NCBI GenBank assembly: GCA_965221405.1
Contig: CBDCSE010000003.1
Coordinates: 209,480 to 273,479, forward strand
Length of the DNA stretch: 64,000 nucleotides
Source: Paracoccaceae bacterium
GTDB lineage: Bacteria > Pseudomonadota > Alphaproteobacteria > Rhodobacterales > Rhodobacteraceae
Reading direction: 5' to 3'
Program-made: the position numbers and the translations under genes
Notes under the pieces: model-generated
Told to the model about the DNA's origin: nothing
What the model saw: only the letters and a program-made list of their open reading frames with translations
Database searches by the model: none
Shown: in pieces, positions 28,883 through 37,466 of the stretch
Layout: each line of letters begins with the position of its first letter
How positions within the stretch are numbered: the first letter of the stretch is position 1

Positions 28883-30113
28883 CCCCCCCGATTCCGCACG
28901 GGAACGGCTTCAGTCCCTTCGGATCCGAGCCTAACCGGCACCTCCGGGCGGCGCAAGGCATGCCGGCAGGCGCGCCGGGGAAGGCCCGCGGCGCGTGGGG
29001 GACGATCCGGACGCCGGAGGTTCCCTCAGGGAGGCCGCGCCAGCCGGAACGCCTCGGCCGGCGTCAGGTAACCCAGGACCTTGCGCGGACGCGCGTTCAG
29101 CCGGTCCTGGACGGCGCTCACCTCCGCATCCGTCACTTTCCGGAAGTCCGTGCCCTTGGGAAGGTACCCCCGCACCAGGCCGTTGGTGTGCCCGGTCGGG
29201 CCCCGCTCCCACGAGTGGTAGGGGCGGGCGAAGAAGAACCTTGCGCCGAGCGCCCCGGCCACCCGCGCGTGGTCCGCGAACTCCCTGCCGTTGTCGGCGG
29301 TGACCGTGTGCACCGCGCCGCGGTGCGGCGCCAGAAGGCCGGTCATGGCGGCCCCGACCGCGGCCGCCGTCTTCCTGTCGACACGCCGCAGGAGCGTGTA
29401 TTTCGTGGCCCGGTCAACCAGGGACACCACGGCCCCGCTGTGGCCGGCGCCCACGATCGTGTCCGCCTCCCGGTCGCCGACCCGCGCCTTCGCCTCCACC
29501 AGCGCCGGGCGCCCGGGGATGTCCACCCGGCCCGGGATGTGCCCCCGGCCCGCGTGGGCCCCGCCCCTGCGGTTCGGCCTCTTTCCCCGGCGCCGCAGGT
29601 GCCGCCAGAGCCGGCCCCCGGCCCTGCGGTCGGCGTGGACGTGCCGGTAAATCCACTGACGCCCCGCCACCGGGTGGCCCTCCAGGCGCAGCCGCCCGGA
29701 GACCTGCTCCGGGCTCCAGCCCCGCACCAGCCGCCCCTCCACCAGCGCCACCGGCTCCGGCGTCATCTTCCTGGGCACCGACGGGGCCGCGCTGCGCCGC
29801 GCCTCGGACCTCCGCTGCGCCTGGGCGTGCCGGTAGCCCCGGGCTCCGCCGTTGCGCCGGATCCCGCGCGGGACCGATGACGGACTGCGCCCCAGCTGGC
29901 GGGCGATCGCCCCGCCGGAAAGCCCGCTTTTCATCAGGGCGTGGATCTGGCATCTCTCGGGGTAGGTCAGGTGGCGCTGGCCCTCGGGCATGGCGGTCTC
30001 CTTCGCGCAACGAAGGGACTGTCGCCGCCATCCGGCCGATTCGCAACATCATGCGTCGATACGACCACCATTCACCCACATAGGGTGTTGCACTTCACTG
30101 TGGAACGGGGGAG
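28883..30113 (-). mobile_element. IS30-family insertion sequence (about 1.23 kb; ends +/-10 bp)
   Basis: About 72% GC block in 55% GC surroundings. Imperfect terminal inverted repeats CCCCCGATTCCGCACGG (from about 28885) and CACTGTGGAACGGGGG (to 30111). It lies between the two halves of a yegP-like gene. Confidence 0.7.
29026..29991 (-). CDS. IS30-family transposase
   Basis: 321 aa: MPEGQRHLTYPERCQIHALMKSGLSGGAIARQLGRSPSSV (HTH)...GDREADTIVGAGHSGAVVSLVDRATKY...VTADNGREFADH...ARPYHSWERGPTGHTNGLVRGYLPKGTDF. Confidence 0.92.
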   Translation of the reverse strand: MPEGQRHLTYPERCQIHALMKSGLSGGAIARQLGRSPSSVPRGIRRNGGARGYRHAQAQRRSEARRSAAPSVPRKMTPEPVALVEGRLVRGWSPEQVSGRLRLEGHPVAGRQWIYRHVHADRRAGGRLWRHLRRRGKRPNRRGGAHAGRGHIPGRVDIPGRPALVEAKARVGDREADTIVGAGHSGAVVSLVDRATKYTLLRRVDRKTAAAVGAAMTGLLAPHRGAVHTVTADNGREFADHARVAGALGARFFFARPYHSWERGPTGHTNGLVRGYLPKGTDFRKVTDAEVSAVQDRLNARPRKVLGYLTPAEAFRLARPP

Positions 30114-30242
30114 GTCAATACTGTGAAGGCAGTCAGCCTTGTTGACGTATCCCTCACTCGAAGCGCCGATCTGCTTTCCATTGGCGGCCTTGAACCGCCA
30201 GCGCCATTCTCCGGCAATGTCCATATACACTTCATATTTCAT
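30072..30242 (-). pseudogene. YegP/DUF1508-family gene, N-terminal part, 3' end displaced by IS30
   Basis: Own translation from ATG 30242-30240: MKYEVYMDIAGEWRWRFKAANGKQIGASSEGYVNKADCLHSID, then IS-derived LPRSTVKCNTLCG-stop. The ORF is below the track length cutoff. Confidence 0.6.
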
Positions 30243-30260
30243 CGGGAGACCCTTTCACGG

Positions 30261-30554
30261 ATGAACTTGAACCGGGAACCTACCTCGGTTCCTATCGATA
30301 TGGAGGTAGTGACTGGAACTTTGAGTTCAAGGCAGAGCTTTGAAGACGCGGAATCCAAACTGGCCGCGCTTCCTTACGGCAAGATAAAGAAAGTCGGTAA
30401 ACGCCTGCGCGACCACAAAGACTATAGAACCTACGTGATCGCCTATGAGCATGAAGGCCGGGAGCGCGAGTTTGATCTTCCGGCAAACGGTCCAGAAGAC
30501 GTTAAAGCGCGGCTTGCGGCCATGTACTTTGGAAAGACGGCATACTGGAAATGA
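30261..30554 (+). CDS. hypothetical protein (97 aa)
   Basis: Internal ATG of track ORF 30123..30554, chosen because the upstream part overlaps yegP. MNLNREPTSVPIDMEVVTGT...YVIAYEHEGREREFDLPANGPEDVKARLAAMYFGKTAYWK. No family recognised. Confidence 0.3.
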   Translation: MNLNREPTSVPIDMEVVTGTLSSRQSFEDAESKLAALPYGKIKKVGKRLRDHKDYRTYVIAYEHEGREREFDLPANGPEDVKARLAAMYFGKTAYWK

Positions 30555-30714
30555 CGATTCCGGACCGGGAGCGGGAATTTTCGTCCGTGTCTTCTGCTGG
30601 ATAAAGAACGCGCTCAGAACCGCGTAAGCGAGCCGTGGAGTGCGGAACCGCGTTCAGGCCACCGTACTTTGAACCAAAAGTCCAATCCTTCCTGCAGCGA
30701 AGTTTATCCTTTCC

Positions 30715-30903
30715 CTACTCATCCCCAATGACCCACTGATACGGCTTGGCTCCGGGCACGCTCTTTATCCTGCCCCTTTCTTCTAGGCGCTTGAGCACCA
30801 CCGAAACGGAACTGTGGGACGCCTCTTCTCGACGGCTGGCGTTCACGGTTTCCGTGACCTTTGCCGACGTTATCGGGCCGTCCGTATTCTTCAGCACTTC
30901 CAT
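30715..30903 (-). CDS. small winged-helix-like DNA-binding protein (start uncertain)
   Basis: MEVLKNTDGPITSAKVTETVNASRREEASHSSVSVVLKRLEERGRIKSV... has the pattern of a wHTH recognition helix and wing. The longer ORF version would overlap the yebC start. Confidence 0.3.
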   Translation of the reverse strand: MEVLKNTDGPITSAKVTETVNASRREEASHSSVSVVLKRLEERGRIKSVPGAKPYQWVIGDE

Positions 30904-31035
30904 AATGGCCTTCGGTGCCGACAGGTCATTGAGTAGGGAAGCCGTTACCTCACGAACGCTTACTGACTTGAAGCAAGTGGCGGTGATGCCGTAAGTGCGT
31001 AGGAAATCCCGGAAAAGAACGATCAGGAGAGCGCA

Positions 31036-31785
31036 ATGGCCGGCCATTCCAAATGGGCCAATATACAGCATCGCAAGGGGCGTCAGGACGCGGCCCGGTC
31101 CAAATTGTTTTCAAAGCTTTCCAAGGAGATAACCGTCGCGGCGAAAATTGGCGATCCCGACCCCGAAAAAAATCCCCGCCTGAGGCTTGCCGTAAAGGAG
31201 GCAAGGTCGAATTCGGTTCCCAAGGACGTGATCGAACGGGCGATATCAAGGTCGCAGGCCGGCGAAGGCGATCAGTATGAGGAAATACGCTACGAGGGAT
31301 ATGGTCCGGGAGGCGTCGCGATGATCATTGAAGCGATGACTGACAACCGAAACCGGACAGCCAGCACCGTACGTTCGGCCTTCGGGAAGCATGGCGGGAG
31401 CCTGGGTGAGACTGGCTCCGTCGGTTTCATGTTCGAGCGTAAGGGCGAGGTAACTTTTGCCGCCGACGCGGCCGATGAGGACACTGTAATGGAAGCCGCA
31501 ATCGACGCCGGAGCGGAGGATGTCGAGAGTTCGGAGTACGGACATACCGTAAACTGCGCGGCCACCGATCTGAACGATGTCTCGGTCGCGATGGAGGTCG
31601 TGCTGGGAGAGGCGGATTCGACCAGGTTGGTCTGGAAACCCACCACCACAACGGAACTTGATCTGGATGGCGCACAGAAGCTTATGCGCCTGATCGAATT
31701 CCTTGAGGACGACGATGACATCCAGCGGGTAACATCCAACTTTGAGGTGACGGACGAAATCATGCGCCACCTTGACGCCCCGTGA
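31036..31785 (+). CDS. yebC: YebC/PmpR-family transcriptional regulator
   Basis: [70 protein letters not shown]..., 249 aa. Confidence 0.93.
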   Translation: MAGHSKWANIQHRKGRQDAARSKLFSKLSKEITVAAKIGDPDPEKNPRLRLAVKEARSNSVPKDVIERAISRSQAGEGDQYEEIRYEGYGPGGVAMIIEAMTDNRNRTASTVRSAFGKHGGSLGETGSVGFMFERKGEVTFAADAADEDTVMEAAIDAGAEDVESSEYGHTVNCAATDLNDVSVAMEVVLGEADSTRLVWKPTTTTELDLDGAQKLMRLIEFLEDDDDIQRVTSNFEVTDEIMRHLDAP

Positions 31786-32084
31786 CGAGAAACCGTTAGG
31801 CGGCACTTCGGGCTGTCGGCTATGACCGAATGGTCCCGGAGTGAACTCGATCCAACGCTGAAGCGCGGGAAAGTACGCCGTGCATGCGCTGCTGGACGGG
31901 GCGATACCAAGGTATTGTATGAGGATTGACGTCGTGCACCGGGACAGGTAGACCTAGCCGGTCATCGTCGTACCATTACCTATCCGGGAGAGCGGACATG
32001 GCGTCAACTGAACGTGAATCAATGGAATACGATGTGGTGATCGTCGGCGCGGGCCCGGCCGGACTGAGCGCCGCGATCCGTCTC
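31677..32084. repeat. about 408-bp direct repeat, left copy (target duplication of IS at 32085-34100)
   Basis: Covers the last 109 nt of yebC, the intergenic region and the first 87 nt of the ETF-QO gene. It reappears as 34101-34156 plus 35427-35778. Confidence 0.88.
31998..32084 (+). pseudogene. duplicated 5' stub (29 codons) of the ETF-ubiquinone oxidoreductase gene
   Basis: MASTERESMEYDVVIVGAGPAGLSAAIRL is identical to 35692-35778. It then runs into the IS terminus TTGACTTCAGACAT. Confidence 0.85.
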
Positions 32085-34100
32085 TTGACTTCAGACATTT
32101 GCGCCCGGTCGTGATCTGCAGACCCCTATATCGCTGGCGTTTGCGGTGGTTCCTTCCGCAAACCGGAATGTAGTGCCCTTTGGCAATATTTTCCCTGCGG
32201 TTCCCGGAGATCCGCTGTAGATCCTCCGGATCGTGTTCGTTCGCGGGAAACCCCTCGGTGAGAACCGTACCAAGGTGCAGATCGTCACCTCCATCCGCGA
32301 TGGCGCCAGGGTCCGCCAGCGGGTTGTCCGCCATGTCGGCACCGCCACCTCGGAGGCCCAGCTCGACCAGCTGATGTCCCTGGGGCGCCTGATCATCGAG
32401 GAGATCACCGCGGAGGAGAGCCGACAGCCGGCGCTGTTCTCGCCCGGGCAGTTCCACGATCTTCTCGATCAGGTGCCGGCCGCGCGGACGGCCGGGACCG
32501 GTCCCGATCCGTTTGGCGTGGATCTCGCGGACTGTCGCGAAGACCACCGTGTGGGCATCGGGGTGCGCCAGGCCTTTGGCGCGGTCTACGACCGTCTCGG
32601 GTGGGAGGGCCTGTTTGGCTCCCGACGCGGGAGTGCCAGCCGGATGATCCGGGAAATGGTCCTGGCGCGGGTCGCGCGGCCGCAGTCCAAGCGGGCGATG
32701 GTGGCCCGACTGCGGCAGGAGGGGGTGCTGGCGCTGAACCTGGACTCGGTCTATCGCAGCATGGACGCGATCACCGACGCGCGGGTGGACGCCATATGCG
32801 CCCTTTCACGGGAGCGGGCGCGGACCCTGTTGCCCGATCCCATCACGGTGGTGTTCTACGACACCACGACGCCCTACTTTGAGAGTGAGCGGGAGAACGG
32901 CCTCCGTTTCAAGGGATACAGCAAGGACGGCAAGCCGCATCGGGTCCAGGTGGTGCTGGCGCTTCTGATCACGCCGGAGGGGCTCCCGGTCGGCTATGGG
33001 CTGTTTCCCGGAAACCTCTATGAGGGCCACACGCTGGTCAAGGCCCTGGCGGCGCTGGAGCGGCGCCATCCGGAGACCCGGTTCACGCTGGTCGCGGACG
33101 CCGGCATGCTCAGCCGCGCCAACCGGCAGGCGCTGCGGGACCGGGGCACCCCGTATATCCTGGGCGCCCGGCTGAAAGCCTGTCCGAAGGCGCTCAGGGC
33201 GCGGATCCTTGACGTGGCCGCCTACGCGGCGTGGGGACGGTCGGAGTACGCGGACTCGGTGGCCGCCATCCGGGATCTGCCCCTGGAGGACGGGGGCCGT
33301 CTGGTGGTCACCCACTCGCCGCGCCGGGCCCGCAAGGACGCGCGGGACCGCGCCCGCCGGCTCGAGAAACTGCGCAGGAAACTCGACAGGGGCGCCACCC
33401 CGGCCGCGCCCGTCGCGTCGGCCACCGCCCGCTTCCTGGACTTTCCCGAGGGACGCGTCACCATCAACGAGGACAGGATCGCCGCAGCCGCCTCCTGGGA
33501 TGGATTGCGCGGCATTGTCGCGTGGGGCTGTGACGCGGAGGATCCACGGGACCTTATAGGCCAATACCGGCGACTGGCGGAGATCGGGGCCTGCTTTCGC
33601 ACCAACAGGCACGACCTGCGCATCCGGCCGGTGTTTCACTGGCAGGATCGGCGCATCCGGGCGCACATCGCGATCTGCTACATGGCCTTCTGCTGCGTGC
33701 GGCATCTCCGCTACCGTCTGGCGGCCCGCGGCGTTCCGTTGAGCCCGGCGCGCATCCAGGACGCGCCCGACGCACTGCAGGTCAGCCTTCTCCACGAAAC
33801 CAACGGCACGCGCAGGTTCGGACTGCCCAGTCGCGCCACCCAGGACGCGCAGACCATCTACCGCACGCTGGGCCTGACATGGAACACCGCACCCTTTCTG
33901 TACACACCGCCCCGGAAACCGCATCGCACATCACGCAGGACACAGGGAAAGACCAAACCCTGACGCACCGCAACCCGCCGAGCCGGTCCGGCGACCATCC
34001 ACCGGCGACCAAAGCCCGCCAGGGGCCGAATGTAGTGCCCTTTCAGAAACTGGAAATCAAATGGAATCAGAATCTTGCGCCAGAATATGTCTGAACTCAA
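32085..34100 (+). mobile_element. IS1634-family insertion sequence, type B, copy 1 (2016 bp)
   Basis: Termini TTGACTTCAGACAT / ATGTCTGAACTCAA are inverted. Same element as 43190-45205, differing at 2 positions that I could see. Confidence 0.9.
32233..33963 (+). CDS. IS1634-family (IS4-like DDE) transposase
   Basis: 576 aa, GTG start: MFVRGKPLGENRTKVQIVTSIRDGARVRQRVVRHVGTA...FYDTTTPYFESERENGLRFKGYSKDGKPHRVQVVLALLITPEGLPVGYGLFPGN...VADAGMLS. Confidence 0.9.
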   Translation: MFVRGKPLGENRTKVQIVTSIRDGARVRQRVVRHVGTATSEAQLDQLMSLGRLIIEEITAEESRQPALFSPGQFHDLLDQVPAARTAGTGPDPFGVDLADCREDHRVGIGVRQAFGAVYDRLGWEGLFGSRRGSASRMIREMVLARVARPQSKRAMVARLRQEGVLALNLDSVYRSMDAITDARVDAICALSRERARTLLPDPITVVFYDTTTPYFESERENGLRFKGYSKDGKPHRVQVVLALLITPEGLPVGYGLFPGNLYEGHTLVKALAALERRHPETRFTLVADAGMLSRANRQALRDRGTPYILGARLKACPKALRARILDVAAYAAWGRSEYADSVAAIRDLPLEDGGRLVVTHSPRRARKDARDRARRLEKLRRKLDRGATPAAPVASATARFLDFPEGRVTINEDRIAAAASWDGLRGIVAWGCDAEDPRDLIGQYRRLAEIGACFRTNRHDLRIRPVFHWQDRRIRAHIAICYMAFCCVRHLRYRLAARGVPLSPARIQDAPDALQVSLLHETNGTRRFGLPSRATQDAQTIYRTLGLTWNTAPFLYTPPRKPHRTSRRTQGKTKP

Positions 34101-34156
34101 GAAGCTTATGCGCCTGATCGAATTCCTTGAGGACGACGATGACATCCAGCGGGTAA
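34101..34156. repeat. right copy of the about 408-bp duplication, part 1 (yebC 3' fragment up to the IS630 insertion point)
   Basis: Identical to 31677-31732. Confidence 0.88.
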
Positions 34157-35423
34157 TACCATTTTCCGAAAGTTTTGACCTATGGAGCGCCATTTGACCG
34201 GTTGCTTCAGCAAACACGGGCCCATGACCGTTTGGTGATCGACGCGATGCGTTCCAGGTCGGCCTCGAACGCGTTCCAGGCGTCGAGCATCGAGGCCTGA
34301 ACGTCCGCGACCGTCGGGAAGAATCGGTTGGAGAGGAAGTTCGAGCGCAGGTAGTCGAAGACCTGCTCGACCGGGTTCAGTTCCGGCGAATACGGCGGCA
34401 GGTGCAGCAGGGACACGTTGCCGGGAACGACGAGCGCCCTGGACCGGTGCCAGCCGGCTCCGTCGAGCACGACCACCGCGTGGTTGCCGGGCTTCACCTT
34501 CGCCGAGATCATCTCCAGGTGGACGTTCATCTCGTCGGTGTTCGCCCTGCCACAGACATGCCCGACGGCGCAGGGATCCCCGGCGCGGCTGGCGGCGAAC
34601 AGGTATCTGTATCCGTAGCGGTGGTCGCGCACCGCGCGGGGCCGGACGCCCCGGCGCGCCCATATGCGCGTGTTCGTGCCCTTCTGGCCCGCCCTCAGCT
34701 CGTCCTGGAACCAGACCTCGATCCGCTCGGGCGCGGCGCCTTCGCCCGCCGCGCCCAGCGCCAGCCCGCTGAAATCGTTGCGGAACTCTCTCTGCCGCCC
34801 CGGATCGGCCCTGGGATGGAGCGGACGGACGGTCTGGTGGCTGAAGCCGAGGCCGCGCACCGTCCGCCACATCGCGGATACGCTGACGGAAACGCCGAAC
34901 CGGGCCATCGCCCAGGCGGCGAGGTCCTTCAGACGCCAGCGCACGAGACCGCCGTCCCCGGGACCGGGGCCGGCCTCGACCCGCTCCGCGAGAAGGGCTC
35001 GCTGGTCCCTGTCCAGGCGCCCGGGCCGTCCCGTCCTCGGGCTGTCCGCCAGCCCCCCGAGACCGGCCAGGTTATAGCGGACCGTCCAGTCCCTCACGGA
35101 CTGGACCGTCGTGCGCAGCCGCGCCGCGACCTCTCCGGGCGGCATCCCCTCGAGCCTGAGCGCGATGGCGCGGGCGCGCCGGCGCTGGCGATGGTCCTTG
35201 CACCTGCCGGCGAACTGGCGCAGGTCTTCGGCCGTGCGGCCGGTGTCGGTGATCGTCAGGGGTGCGGGCATGTCCTGTCTCCTGTCGGTGTTGGTTTGCG
35301 GAAACCACAACATAGCGACATTGACGGCTGGCCGCACGCGCCATCCGCGACGGAACGGAATATATCGTGTATATACGGCTATGAGACTATATGTTGATGA
35401 GTCAAAACTTTCGGGAAATGGTA
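34157..35423 (-). mobile_element. IS630-family insertion sequence (1267 bp)
   Basis: 23-bp terminal inverted repeats TACCATTTTCCGAAAGTTTTGAC / GTCAAAACTTTCGGGAAATGGTA (1 mismatch). TA(A) is present on both sides (34154-34156 and 35424-35426), whereas the undisrupted copy has a single GGGTAACATCC. Confidence 0.9.
34207..35271 (-). CDS. IS630-family (Tc1/mariner-like DDE) transposase
   Basis: 354 aa from MPAPLTITDTGRTAEDLRQF...IEVWFQDELRAGQKGTNTRIWARRG...AVVVLDGAGWHRS...LPPYSPELNPVEQVFDYLRSN. The longer track ORF (to 35604) is read-through into flanking DNA. Confidence 0.9.
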   Translation of the reverse strand: MPAPLTITDTGRTAEDLRQFAGRCKDHRQRRRARAIALRLEGMPPGEVAARLRTTVQSVRDWTVRYNLAGLGGLADSPRTGRPGRLDRDQRALLAERVEAGPGPGDGGLVRWRLKDLAAWAMARFGVSVSVSAMWRTVRGLGFSHQTVRPLHPRADPGRQREFRNDFSGLALGAAGEGAAPERIEVWFQDELRAGQKGTNTRIWARRGVRPRAVRDHRYGYRYLFAASRAGDPCAVGHVCGRANTDEMNVHLEMISAKVKPGNHAVVVLDGAGWHRSRALVVPGNVSLLHLPPYSPELNPVEQVFDYLRSNFLSNRFFPTVADVQASMLDAWNAFEADLERIASITKRSWARVC

Positions 35424-35426
35424 TAA

Positions 35427-35778
35427 CATCCAACTTTGAGGTGACGGACGAAATCATGCGCCACCTTGACGCCCCGTGACGAGAAACCGTTAGGCGGCAC
35501 TTCGGGCTGTCGGCTATGACCGAATGGTCCCGGAGTGAACTCGATCCAACGCTGAAGCGCGGGAAAGTACGCCGTGCATGCGCTGCTGGACGGGGCGATA
35601 CCAAGGTATTGTATGAGGATTGACGTCGTGCACCGGGACAGGTAGACCTAGCCGGTCATCGTCGTACCATTACCTATCCGGGAGAGCGGACATGGCGTCA
35701 ACTGAACGTGAATCAATGGAATACGATGTGGTGATCGTCGGCGCGGGCCCGGCCGGACTGAGCGCCGCGATCCGTCTC
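35427..35778. repeat. right copy of the about 408-bp duplication, part 2
   Basis: Identical to 31733-32084. Contains the functional promoter region and start of the ETF-QO gene. Confidence 0.88.
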
Positions 35779-37344
35779 AGGCAGCTTGACCCGGATCTTC
35801 AGGTCGTCGTTCTCGAAAAGGGCAGCGAGGTCGGCGCCCATATCCTGTCAGGTGCGGTATTGGATCCGGGTGGACTGGAACGGCTCCTGCCCGACTGGAG
35901 GGAGCGCGGGGCCCCAATTGAAGTGCCCGTCCGTAGGGACGGCTTCTACCTGCTCGGCGAGGCCGGACAGATCCGGTTACCGAACTGGATCATGCCACCG
36001 CTCATGAGCAATCATGGCAACTACATTGTCTCGATGGGCAACGTCTGCCGCTGGTTGGCGGAGCAGGCGGAGGCGCTTGGTGTGGAGATTTTTCCGGGAA
36101 TGGCCTGCTCGGAGGTTGTGTTCGGAAGTGATGGGGAAGTCCGGGGCGTCGTCGCGGGTGAGTTCGGGAAGAATCCGGACGGAACGCATGGGGCGGGATA
36201 CGAGCCGGGAATGGAACTCCGTGGGAAGTATGTACTGTTGGGCGAGGGTGCGCGTGGATCGCTATCCAGACAGCTGATCTCCCGATATGGATTGGACGCG
36301 GACAGCGACGTTCCGAAGTTCGGTGTAGGAATGAAGGAAATCTGGGAGGTCGATCCCGAGAAACATCGCGAGGGAGAGGTCTTCCACTCGTTGGGTTGGC
36401 CGCTTGGATGGAAAAGTTCCGGCGGCAGCTTCGTATATCATGGTGACCGTAGCCAGGTCTATCTGGGTTACATTGTCGACCTGAATTACAGAAACCCGTA
36501 TCTCAATCCCTACATGGAATTCCAGCGCTTCAAGCATCATCCGAGGATCGCCGCGCTATTGGAAGGCGGGCGACGCGTCGCCTATGGTGCGCGGGTCGTG
36601 ACCAAGGGAGGGCATCAGTCCGTTCCGAAGGCGGCGTTTCCCGGCGGATGCCTGCTCGGGTGCTCCGCCGGGCTGGTCAACCTGCCGCGGCTCAAAGGCA
36701 ACCACAACGCAATGCATTCAGGAATCGACGCCGCTGAGGCCGTGCATGCAGCCGTCCGCGAGGGCCGGTCGGGAGATATACTTCTGGCGTATGACGAGGC
36801 GTTGCGGTCTGGTCACGTCGGCAAGGATCTGAAGCGTGTCCGTAACGTCGCGCCCCTCAACGCCAAATTGGGCCCTCTGGCCGGAATGGGACTTGGCGGT
36901 TTCGACATGTGGTTCCAGACCCTGTTCGGAGTGTCGCTCCTTGGTACCCTAGGGCATGGAAAGGGCGATGCGCAGTCAACCGAGCCGGCGTCACGGCACA
37001 GGCCACCAGACTATCCCAAACCGGACGGGAAACTCAGCTTCGACCGGCTTACCAATGTAAGTTTCTCGATGACGAACCATGAAGAGCACCAGCCCGTGCA
37101 TTTGCGGCTCTCTGACGACAGCATTCCGATACACGTCAACCTTCCGCAATATGCGGAGCCGGCGCAGCGCTACTGCCCGGCGGGTGTTTATGAGGTTGTG
37201 CGAGACGAAGGTGGGGAACCTCGTTTCGTGATCAATTTCCAGAACTGCGTCCACTGCAAGACCTGCGATATCAAGGATCCAAGCCGGAACATCACTTGGA
37301 CGGCTCCTCAGGGCGGAGACGGTCCGAACTATCCAAATATGTAG
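35692..37344 (+). CDS. electron-transfer flavoprotein-ubiquinone oxidoreductase
   Basis: 550 aa: MASTERESMEYDVVIVGAGPAGLSAAIRLRQL...GAHILSGAVLDP.... The C-terminal 4Fe-4S region reads PAQRYCPAGVYE...NCVHCKTCDIKDPSRNI.WT.PQGGDGPNY. Confidence 0.93.
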   Translation: MASTERESMEYDVVIVGAGPAGLSAAIRLRQLDPDLQVVVLEKGSEVGAHILSGAVLDPGGLERLLPDWRERGAPIEVPVRRDGFYLLGEAGQIRLPNWIMPPLMSNHGNYIVSMGNVCRWLAEQAEALGVEIFPGMACSEVVFGSDGEVRGVVAGEFGKNPDGTHGAGYEPGMELRGKYVLLGEGARGSLSRQLISRYGLDADSDVPKFGVGMKEIWEVDPEKHREGEVFHSLGWPLGWKSSGGSFVYHGDRSQVYLGYIVDLNYRNPYLNPYMEFQRFKHHPRIAALLEGGRRVAYGARVVTKGGHQSVPKAAFPGGCLLGCSAGLVNLPRLKGNHNAMHSGIDAAEAVHAAVREGRSGDILLAYDEALRSGHVGKDLKRVRNVAPLNAKLGPLAGMGLGGFDMWFQTLFGVSLLGTLGHGKGDAQSTEPASRHRPPDYPKPDGKLSFDRLTNVSFSMTNHEEHQPVHLRLSDDSIPIHVNLPQYAEPAQRYCPAGVYEVVRDEGGEPRFVINFQNCVHCKTCDIKDPSRNITWTAPQGGDGPNYPNM

Positions 37345-37466
37345 TGCGGCGGGGATCCGGTCATCCGGGGACGGTTCCAGAATGTGTCTTTGATGCCGTC
37401 CGGTAACATTGTCTGAAGTCTGGAAGTGCGTTAGGGTGTGCCAAATCCGAATGACGGGGCACGCAA

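Noticed and set aside
31036-31047. Palindrome ATGGCCGGCCAT, which gives MAGH starts on both strands (yebC and a 110-codon minus-strand ORF)
   Set aside because: A coincidence of the palindrome. The minus-strand N-terminal extension has no support and would overlap the yebC start.
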